From the IMG/VR virus record IMGVR_UViG_3300020404_001307: DNA of 20,000 nt, one strand, 5' to 3'. Below the pieces are notes generated by a model. The model did not search any database and was not told the DNA's origin. It worked only from the letters and a program-made list of their open reading frames with translations. This document shows, one piece after another, positions 8,183-14,921 of the stretch. How positions within the stretch are numbered: position 1 is the stretch's first letter; every line of letters begins with the position of its first letter. A program made the translations under genes and the position numbers. This DNA is from an uncultured virus (IMG/VR IMGVR_UViG_3300020404_001307) (Duplodnaviria; Heunggongvirae; Uroviricota; Caudoviricetes; Crassvirales).

Positions 8183-8526
8183 TGTCAAAAGAACTTTCAG
8201 AAGAAAGCAAGTTTCAAATAAGTGTTAAAACATTAATCAGTATAGTAGTAGCTGTTGCCACTATTATATCTGCTTATTTTGGTTTAATGGCTAGTATTAA
8301 TTCTAAGTTTGCAGAACTAGAAGGTAAAGTAGAAAAAGCTTTAGAGTTACCTAAACCAGGAACTGGCACTTATACAATAGACATGGGTGATCCAGCGGCT
8401 AGCAATACATGGCCGCCAACTCGTATGGAGTTTAATATGAAAGATCAAATGGCTCGTAATAAAATTGATGCAGTAATAAAGGAAGTAGATGAAATGAAAG
8501 ACGAAATAAAACTTTTAAGAAAATGA
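8182..8526 (+). CDS. Single-TM membrane protein with C-terminal coiled coils (holin/spanin-like topology possible)
   Basis: TM segment LISIVVAVATIISAYFGLMA, then two heptad-like stretches separated by a Pro/Gly linker; ATGA overlap with the next gene. Confidence 0.6.
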   Translation: MSKELSEESKFQISVKTLISIVVAVATIISAYFGLMASINSKFAELEGKVEKALELPKPGTGTYTIDMGDPAASNTWPPTRMEFNMKDQMARNKIDAVIKEVDEMKDEIKLLRK

Positions 8527-8918
8527 CATTAGATATATCTAACTTTATTTATGTATTCGTAATGCTGTTTATGTTTTGCATCGGTACATGTTCTGCTCAA
8601 GAGTTTGCTGACAATAGTAATTTTAAAAACAAAATAGCAAAAGATGTTGTTGCTGTAGAATTTTGGGCTGACTGGAACAAAATGAATCAGTTTAATGAAT
8701 TAAATAAATTAAAAGGATGTAATGTATATCGCGTGGATATTATGTCATCTATGGACATACAAACAGATTATAATATTACAGCTGTACCAACAGTTATTAT
8801 ATTTGATAATGGTGTTGAGAAAGCTCGCTTCAATCCTAACGTAATGTTTAAATTAGAAGCAGATAAAAAAACAGTACAACACGTTGTTGATACTATAACA
8901 CTAAATAAATTTCAATAA
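8523..8918 (+). CDS. Exported thioredoxin-fold protein lacking the CxxC active site
   Basis: VVAVEFWADWN in place of VVDFWAxWCxxC; YNITAVPTVIIFDNG cis-Pro region; hydrophobic leader ending CSA|Q. Confidence 0.75.
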   Translation: MTLDISNFIYVFVMLFMFCIGTCSAQEFADNSNFKNKIAKDVVAVEFWADWNKMNQFNELNKLKGCNVYRVDIMSSMDIQTDYNITAVPTVIIFDNGVEKARFNPNVMFKLEADKKTVQHVVDTITLNKFQ

Positions 8919-8920
8919 TT

Positions 8921-9268
8921 ATGGCGTTTAAATTAAAACATACCGGTAGAGCATTTCCTTTTAAAACACATAAAATGTATAAAGGAAATAAGACTGTTGT
9001 AGCTAATACTAAAAAAGAACACGAAGATCTTTCTGACAAAGGTTATGGCCACACGCCTCCACCTACTAAGCTAACAGACTTAAACAATGATGGTGAGGTA
9101 ACTAAAGCAGATCACCTTATAAAGTTAGGTAAGATAAACACAGATGGTAGTAAGACTTCTACTTATAAAAAAACTTTAAAGCCCTGTCAAAAGGCTGCGG
9201 CTAAAAAAAAGTTTGATGTATATCCTAGTGCATATGCTAACATGTGGGCTGCTAATCATAAATGTTAA
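8921..9268 (+). CDS. Small basic modular protein (MAFKLK start; DxNxDG loop; YPSAYA motif)
   Basis: 115 aa ORF containing DLNNDGEVTKAD and KKKFDVYPSAYAN; the latter recalls DUF5872-like phage proteins (from memory, unverified). Confidence 0.65.
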   Translation: MAFKLKHTGRAFPFKTHKMYKGNKTVVANTKKEHEDLSDKGYGHTPPPTKLTDLNNDGEVTKADHLIKLGKINTDGSKTSTYKKTLKPCQKAAAKKKFDVYPSAYANMWAANHKC

Positions 9269-9271
9269 GTA

Positions 9272-9586
9272 GTGCCTTACAAACAAAAAAGAAATCCAAT
9301 ACCTTTGACTGGATGCGGTAGACGTAGACCAGAAGAAATGACTAACCCTTTTAGAAAGGCTACTAGAAAGGTTTGTTTGCCTTACAATAAGATTAAAAGT
9401 ATGAGTAATGATGAAAAGAAAAAGGTAATTAACGCTAAAAAATCTGCAGCTAATAAAGGTAAGCAAGTTAGAGATAGTAAAAGTTGGATTAGAGATGGTA
9501 GTACTAGAAGTGATGGTTTAAAAGACTGGGTTAATCAAGACTGGAGACAAGTTGCTAATCCAGGTAAAAAATGCGGAGAAAAATGA
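9272..9586 (+). CDS. Small basic hypothetical protein (GTG start)
   Basis: 104 aa, K/R-rich, GLKDWVNQDW motif; tightly packed between neighbours. Confidence 0.65.
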   Translation: MPYKQKRNPIPLTGCGRRRPEEMTNPFRKATRKVCLPYNKIKSMSNDEKKKVINAKKSAANKGKQVRDSKSWIRDGSTRSDGLKDWVNQDWRQVANPGKKCGEK

Positions 9587-9882
9587 GTTACGATAATAGA
9601 AATGTAGACCCTTTAAAAATAACAGAGAAAGCTTATGAAAGACAAAATCGTAAGATGAGGTCTAAGCATAAGTCTGAAACCGGTAGAACTTTAGGTAATA
9701 GACATTTAACTGGAACTAGCCCGCGTAGAGTTAACTTTGCTTGTAGGTTTGCTGGTATGAAAGGTTCTATGAAAGATAAAAACGGTGAACCAACTAGATA
9801 TGCTATGGCTTTAAAAAAGTGGGGATTTGGAAGTAGAGAAGCTGCTAGAAATTTTTGTAATAAAAACAAAAGTAAAAAATAA
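9583..9882 (+). CDS. Small basic protein, DUF6321-like (RRVNFACRFAGMKGSMKDKNGEPTRYAMALKKWG)
   Basis: ORF track start is 9571; ATG at 9583 gives an ATGA overlap and is preferred. Family recognised from memory only. Confidence 0.6.
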   Translation: MSYDNRNVDPLKITEKAYERQNRKMRSKHKSETGRTLGNRHLTGTSPRRVNFACRFAGMKGSMKDKNGEPTRYAMALKKWGFGSREAARNFCNKNKSKK

Positions 9883-10157
9883 TGGCTATATACGGTTCGT
9901 TCTCATCACCGCAAAAGAAAACAATGGGCGAGTTTAAACACTCAGACGCACCTGATGCTAAAGGTAAGTTTAAAACGTTATCAGCTTCAGCGTTAGCCTC
10001 GTGGCTTATTAAAACTAGAAAAGGAAACTTGTCTAAAATAATAAGTAGTTTAAACCAACAGTACGTTTTTAACAGAGGTAAAAATCCTAGCTATGCTCGT
10101 AAAATGAAAACAGTTATGAACATAGTTAGAAAACGTTTAGGTAAAAAAGATAAATAA
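9882..10157 (+). CDS. Small basic hypothetical protein
   Basis: 91 aa ORF, TAATG-coupled, last gene before the terminator. Confidence 0.65.
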   Translation: MAIYGSFSSPQKKTMGEFKHSDAPDAKGKFKTLSASALASWLIKTRKGNLSKIISSLNQQYVFNRGKNPSYARKMKTVMNIVRKRLGKKDK

Positions 10158-10188
10158 AAAAAAAGGGGCCGAAGCCCCTTTTTATTTT
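10157..10188. terminator. Bidirectional rho-independent terminator
   Basis: A-run, GGGGC-CGAA-GCCCC hairpin (10165-10178), then TTTTTATTTT, between convergent stop codons at 10157 and 10187. Confidence 0.9.
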
Positions 10189-10366
10189 AGCTATTCTTTA
10201 TAGCTTGAATTGTTGTTCTCACATTTTGAGCAGCTTCTTTAATTGTCTGCATACTCTTTCTAGCCCTAGTTCCGGCTGATTTATTTCCACCCATAAACTT
10301 TTCTATTTCTTCGTGAGCACTGTGCATTTCATCTTGCATGGCATCTAGTAATTCATTTAAATCCAT
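10187..10366 (-). CDS. Histone H1-like (Hc1 family) small protein
   Basis: Translated by hand: MDLNELLDAMQDEMHSAHEEIEKFMGGNKSAGTRARKSMQTIKEAAQNVRTTIQAIKNS*. KFxxGNKSAGTRARK is the Hc1-family signature. Confidence 0.8.
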   Translation of the reverse strand: MDLNELLDAMQDEMHSAHEEIEKFMGGNKSAGTRARKSMQTIKEAAQNVRTTIQAIKNS

Positions 10367-10385
10367 ATTATAAAATTTTATTTAA

Positions 10386-12251
10386 TTAAACAACTTCACA
10401 GTTACCACCAGCGCAAGCAAGCTCACCTGATAGATCTGTGTTATCATCTGTCTCTGTTACTTTCGTTAAATCGACATCAGATAATACTTTAGACATTTTA
10501 TTGTATTCAGCTTCGTCAATGTCTTCAAACGGAGCTTGTGTATATGTACCACCGTCGTATGGTAATACTGATAACCCATTGTAATAATCTCTATTACTCC
10601 ACATCCACTCACCTGCTTTTTTCCACTCATCTTCTTTCAAAGATATTGTAGCTGATACATTGTGAGTATTACTACCACGTCTGTGACCAGGCTTAATCCA
10701 CTCTTGAGCTACACGTTTAACTCTTTCAAGAGTATCAAACGGTGATTCAGTTCTAAGTATTGATTTAGCTGGAGCTTTTTGTGGTACAGATATTACCGCT
10801 GTATCGTGCGGTCTGAAGTATTCATCTTCAATTAATTCTGGATGTGACTTAGATAAATATTTATATATAGCCTCGTTTTTTCCTACGCGCATCCTACGTA
10901 CATAATAATCATTATGCCACGCATGAATACCCGAAGACGTTCCGAGGACCAGAGATGTCGTCCCTGCAGGTTTTACGGTTGTACATCTGGCTGAAGATTT
11001 AATCCCTAAGATCTTTGCTGCTCTTGCATTTTCTTTTGTTACGATATTTGCAGCTTCCTTCATATCCATTTGGAGCACAGCGGCACTCCCTATCCCTGTC
11101 ATTGACACACCTATAAGAGCGTCTTTCTCTGTTGTCTCTTTCCATATTTCTCTAAGATAATGGAAGTCGGTATATGCGGCTTGCAATGTTCCAATAAACG
11201 CTGCTGCCTTGACTCTGTTATTAAAATCAGCTTGATCTTCTATATCAGAGACGTTTACTTCGCATAGATTACAGAACTGAAAAGGCCTTAGTGCTATCTC
11301 ACAACAAGGATTAGTTCCCCAGTCCTTATCATTGTTAAGATATATACCAGGCTCACCAGCTCCTGATAACTCAACCCTTTTCCATAAGTCCATAAAGAAC
11401 TCTTTAGTTACTTTATGCCTCATTAAAACAGCTGAGTTATTAGCTCTACCTCTTTGTGGGTTAGTTTCCCACCAATGTCCTGATTTACAACCTATCATTT
11501 CGTTATCGCTAGCAGTAAACAAACTAATTAAAGCAGCTCGTCTAATACCACCAGCTAATACAGCATCAGCTATATGACATATGATATCGTGTACTTCAAG
11601 AGAAGTTAAAGCGTCACCGTCTTCTTTTGATTGAAGTATACCTTCAACCTTGATTAAACATTCTTTTAATGGCTGTGGGCCAGGTGCTTTACCACCTGAT
11701 GTCACTAGCCTAGCACCTTTTGGTCTGATACAAGTATAATCAAAGTTTATCTTAGAAGCCTTCTTGCCGCCAAGGTAAGACTTAATTAATACTTTAACAG
11801 CATCAGACCAACCCTCAATTGAATCACCTATAACAAAACGCTTAGATCTTTTCATATAAGGTTTTGTTATTACAGGTAAGTCTTTAATGTGGTGCTGTTG
11901 AACCGAATAACCGACTCCACATCCTGAAAGTAATAGAAACATTATCTCGTTAAAAGCTTCGATATCATCTACAGGTAAGTATGAACAGTTATATAACCTA
12001 TTAGGACTTACTTGTATTGGTTTACCAGCAAATTGTAAACTACGCATTGATGGTAAAATCTTTTTATCAAATACATAAGTATACGCATCTAATATATCGC
12101 TTTTTAATTGTGGGTAATTCTTGATATGCATCTCCAAATTTCTAGTAACTAGCTCGTCCCAAGTTTCTCTACGATTTAACTCGGGCATATATCTAGCGTA
12201 CTTCATATGAACAGTAATATCAGAAAGTATGTTTCTATTAGTGTCTTTCAT
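10386..12251 (-). CDS. nrdJ: Class II (adenosylcobalamin-dependent) ribonucleotide reductase
   Basis: RRETWDE, LPSMRSLQ, YNCS, TNPCCEI, CNLCEVN, TTVKPAGTTSL and C-terminal CAGGNC; 621 aa; no adjacent beta-subunit gene. Confidence 0.88.
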   Translation of the reverse strand: MKDTNRNILSDITVHMKYARYMPELNRRETWDELVTRNLEMHIKNYPQLKSDILDAYTYVFDKKILPSMRSLQFAGKPIQVSPNRLYNCSYLPVDDIEAFNEIMFLLLSGCGVGYSVQQHHIKDLPVITKPYMKRSKRFVIGDSIEGWSDAVKVLIKSYLGGKKASKINFDYTCIRPKGARLVTSGGKAPGPQPLKECLIKVEGILQSKEDGDALTSLEVHDIICHIADAVLAGGIRRAALISLFTASDNEMIGCKSGHWWETNPQRGRANNSAVLMRHKVTKEFFMDLWKRVELSGAGEPGIYLNNDKDWGTNPCCEIALRPFQFCNLCEVNVSDIEDQADFNNRVKAAAFIGTLQAAYTDFHYLREIWKETTEKDALIGVSMTGIGSAAVLQMDMKEAANIVTKENARAAKILGIKSSARCTTVKPAGTTSLVLGTSSGIHAWHNDYYVRRMRVGKNEAIYKYLSKSHPELIEDEYFRPHDTAVISVPQKAPAKSILRTESPFDTLERVKRVAQEWIKPGHRRGSNTHNVSATISLKEDEWKKAGEWMWSNRDYYNGLSVLPYDGGTYTQAPFEDIDEAEYNKMSKVLSDVDLTKVTETDDNTDLSGELACAGGNCEVV

Positions 12252-12254
12252 TAT

Positions 12255-12392
12255 TTATTTTCTATTATACATTGTTAAACAAAAATCTACAAACGGTAGA
12301 TATAGTACGTGGTTATTTTTTTTCTTTTCTTTATATGTTCTCATACCTAAAAGTATGCCAGGGTAAAACCCTACACTAAATTCCCAATCCAT
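12255..12392 (-). CDS. Small hypothetical protein (45 aa)
   Basis: Translated by hand: MDWEFSVGFYPGILLGMRTYKEKKKNNHVLYLPFVDFCLTMYNRK*; fills the gap. Confidence 0.6.
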   Translation of the reverse strand: MDWEFSVGFYPGILLGMRTYKEKKKNNHVLYLPFVDFCLTMYNRK

Positions 12393-12393
12393 A

Positions 12394-12840
12394 TTATTTA
12401 ATTTTATTAGTTAATAATTGTATTACCATATCACATTCTTTTTGGTTCTGAGGTTTATATAAAGTTACATGCGGATAACATCTATTAATAAATTTTTTGA
12501 ACAACTTCCACCTTATTGGGAAACTTTCGTTCGCTCTACCCTTACACTCAATTATAAACCCATCACCTATAAAATCAGGCGTGTACTTTATTGGTAATAT
12601 TTTTTTATTTCCTCTGTTTTTAAATTCACCTTTACCGTTAGATTGTCTTTCATAACTTGGTGTTTCAAAGTTAAAGCTCTCTATTAAAGTAAATGTTTCA
12701 CCTTCATATTTATTTTTTATATTAGCTTTTTTAAGAGCTCGGTGCATATACTTTTCTAGACCAGAGGCGAAGGTTATACCATCATATATAACCTTCTTAG
12801 CCCTAACAGGTCCTCGTTGTTTATTCTTTCGACGTCTCAT
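12394..12840 (-). CDS. T7 endonuclease I-like / PD-(D/E)XK Holliday junction resolvase
   Basis: FASGLE, YTPDF and IIECKG motifs. Confidence 0.8.
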   Translation of the reverse strand: MRRRKNKQRGPVRAKKVIYDGITFASGLEKYMHRALKKANIKNKYEGETFTLIESFNFETPSYERQSNGKGEFKNRGNKKILPIKYTPDFIGDGFIIECKGRANESFPIRWKLFKKFINRCYPHVTLYKPQNQKECDMVIQLLTNKIK

Positions 12841-13099
12841 TTAATACATCTTTAAGTTCTTCTTGTGCAGTCTGTATATACAGTATTGCGTCCATAAGTT
12901 CTTCTTGAATATCAACTAAATATTTCATTAGACCTTTCATTTTCGTTGTTCTCTCTTCATGAAGAGTCGTGCCATACTTTTCAAAGCCTTCATCAGACCT
13001 TAATTTGAATTTATCTACAACACGTTTTACAACAGGATCTCTAAACTCGTCTACATCGACGATATAACCCTTAGCGCTCATTATTTCTCTATCGCTCAT
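12821..13099 (-). CDS. Small helical phage protein, possible all-alpha NTP-pyrophosphatase-like fold
   Basis: RSDEGFEKYGTTL...IQEELMDAILYI (EExxD-type acidic helix). Confidence 0.55.
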   Translation of the reverse strand: MSDREIMSAKGYIVDVDEFRDPVVKRVVDKFKLRSDEGFEKYGTTLHEERTTKMKGLMKYLVDIQEELMDAILYIQTAQEELKDVLNETSKE

Positions 13100-13100
13100 A

Positions 13101-13901
13101 TTAATTATTTTTTACAAATGTTCCATTAATCATATTACCTTCACGCTTAGCTATAGTATCATAAGCTGATTCAATGCACTCTTCAATTGATAGCCCGCTT
13201 AGTTCAGCTAAGTTAGTTAATACAACTACCATATCACCGATACCATCTTTTATTTCTGGTAAATCAGATTTTAATATAGCTCTACCAACTTCACCAGCTT
13301 CTTCCATTAGCTTGACATACTGAGTTTTTTGATCACCCTTATCATATATACCCCTGTCTTCAGCCCAACTTCTAATTAAGTCAAATATAGTAGGGCAATG
13401 ACAGTCTTCGTCTTCTGGAAATGGAAGCTCTTTGTTGTTATAAAATTTAGTTAATGCCTTGTTGTATACATAACATCTATTATCATTATACATAGACGTC
13501 CTTGCATTAGCAACTATCCAGTCAACTAAGTCTTCATCTAACATAACACTACCTTCGTGCGTGTCCCAACTCATCTCAAGGTTATCCATAAGGTTACCTT
13601 TTAATTTATTTATAGGACAAGGGAACGTAGTTGTTTGTTCTGTCACGTTTATCTTCATAGTCTTTAAATTAAAATTATTATTATTATTAAGTTTATTATA
13701 AGGAACACGATCAACTCTGTAACCGTATTCTTTTTGAAGTTCTAGTTCTCGCTTAGATATATAATTTATATCATTAGACTTTTCTAAAACTTCATATTCA
13801 CCTGGTTCGTAACCTTGTTGTTCAGTGACTCTATTATATAAGTCAGTTGTACAACCTATTTTTTTACCAGGTATATGGTATAATATATATTTTTTACTCA
13901 T
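13101..13901 (-). CDS. Multidomain protein: GIY-YIG-like N-terminus, unknown middle domain, C-terminal MazG-like nucleotide pyrophosphohydrolase
   Basis: C-terminal WAEDRGIY...KLMEEAGEV...IKDGIGDMVVVLTNLA...AYDTIAKREG is MazG-like. N-terminal YILYHIPGKKIGCTTDLYNRV...RELELQ only loosely resembles GIY-YIG. Confidence 0.7.
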   Translation of the reverse strand: MSKKYILYHIPGKKIGCTTDLYNRVTEQQGYEPGEYEVLEKSNDINYISKRELELQKEYGYRVDRVPYNKLNNNNNFNLKTMKINVTEQTTTFPCPINKLKGNLMDNLEMSWDTHEGSVMLDEDLVDWIVANARTSMYNDNRCYVYNKALTKFYNNKELPFPEDEDCHCPTIFDLIRSWAEDRGIYDKGDQKTQYVKLMEEAGEVGRAILKSDLPEIKDGIGDMVVVLTNLAELSGLSIEECIESAYDTIAKREGNMINGTFVKNN

Positions 13902-14586
13902 TTATTTTTTCTATTATATTATTATACAAATGTAAGTTGTGTGCAAAATGAAAATAAGTACCTAGTCTTATTTCTAACCTGTCAGCAATCATTAATTGTA
14001 ATCTTGAAAAACAATACTGATCGTTACAGAAACCGTACCAGAGGTCATTAGATCGCATCGTAACACACATATTAAGTTTATTATCAACAATTGTAAACTG
14101 TATAGCGTATGTACATGGAGTATCAAACTCATATTTAGAGTGCTCTTTGCCATCATATATACTTATTGTAGCTTGTCTAGTTTTAGGATTGTTCTGTAAC
14201 ATATCGATAACATAGCTTAACTGTGAAATATACTTAGTACCTCCTTCAAAAGGAACCCCATCAGTTCTTTTCCATTGCCAACCATAGTTAGAATTAACAT
14301 TACCATTTTTGTCAGCCATGCGTTTCCATATTTCAGGCACTTTGCCATATATATCACCTAGCTTTTTAATATTTCTATCGCCAGATAAATACCACTGCCA
14401 CTCAGCCTCAGCGTACTCATGCTTCCAGTTACGCTTCTCACAGTTTATATGATTATCCATAGGATTTTCTATTGTAAAACCTACATTAAATAAAGCTTTA
14501 GTATTATCAAAATCAATACCATGTGTTAGTATCTGACTTTTATAATGGTCAAAAGCTGAATTTGCATTATTAAATATCCACATCAT
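13894..14586 (-). CDS. Thymidylate synthase-fold enzyme, dCMP hydroxymethylase-like
   Basis: VNSNYGW, DTPCT (catalytic Cys), MRSNDLWYGFCND and NLHLY motifs; Asp at the position of ThyA Asn177. Confidence 0.8.
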   Translation of the reverse strand: MMWIFNNANSAFDHYKSQILTHGIDFDNTKALFNVGFTIENPMDNHINCEKRNWKHEYAEAEWQWYLSGDRNIKKLGDIYGKVPEIWKRMADKNGNVNSNYGWQWKRTDGVPFEGGTKYISQLSYVIDMLQNNPKTRQATISIYDGKEHSKYEFDTPCTYAIQFTIVDNKLNMCVTMRSNDLWYGFCNDQYCFSRLQLMIADRLEIRLGTYFHFAHNLHLYNNIIEKINE

Positions 14587-14921
14587 AATTTATTAATTGT
14601 TTTTCTCCACCGGTTACTAGATCTTTCGATTATTTCTGCTTTTACTTTCATATCATCTTTATTGGTACAGTACTTATCAAAGTAATACTTTGAATATTGA
14701 TATACTTGTTCCATAACATCTTTCTTTTCGTAAACTTTAGGATCTCTATTGTATTTATTATTTATTGTTATACCTATCCTCCATTCGTGTTTACCGTTAT
14801 TATAATGATATTCTGGTTTTATATCTATACCATTGTCTTCACACCAAAAGCATTTTACCATATCACCACCTTGTCTAGTGTGATGAGGGTAATTTGTATT
14901 ATCGTTATCTAGTTCTCCCAT
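14583..14921 (-). CDS. Hypothetical protein (start may be 14861)
   Basis: 112 aa ORF overlapping both neighbours by a few nt in the operon direction. Confidence 0.6.
   Translation of the reverse strand: MGELDNDNTNYPHHTRQGGDMVKCFWCEDNGIDIKPEYHYNNGKHEWRIGITINNKYNRDPKVYEKKDVMEQVYQYSKYYFDKYCTNKDDMKVKAEIIERSSNRWRKTINKL

Noticed and set aside
8523..8918. Calling this gene trxA, the electron donor for RNR
   Set aside because: No CxxC, has a signal peptide and lies in the opposite gene arm.
8182..8918. Canonical i-spanin/o-spanin pair
   Set aside because: The first gene has i-spanin-like topology, but the partner is a thioredoxin fold whose leader looks SPI-type (CSA|Q) rather than a clear lipobox. 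Not excluded, but unsupported.
5592..9869. ORFs 5592..5801(-), 6303..6512(+), 9176..9466(-) and 9633..9869(-)
   Set aside because: Overlap better-supported, tightly coupled + strand genes; no recognisable features.
13894..14586. Calling this gene thyA
   Set aside because: It has Asp rather than the dUMP-specifying Asn, and its motifs read closer to T4 gp42.
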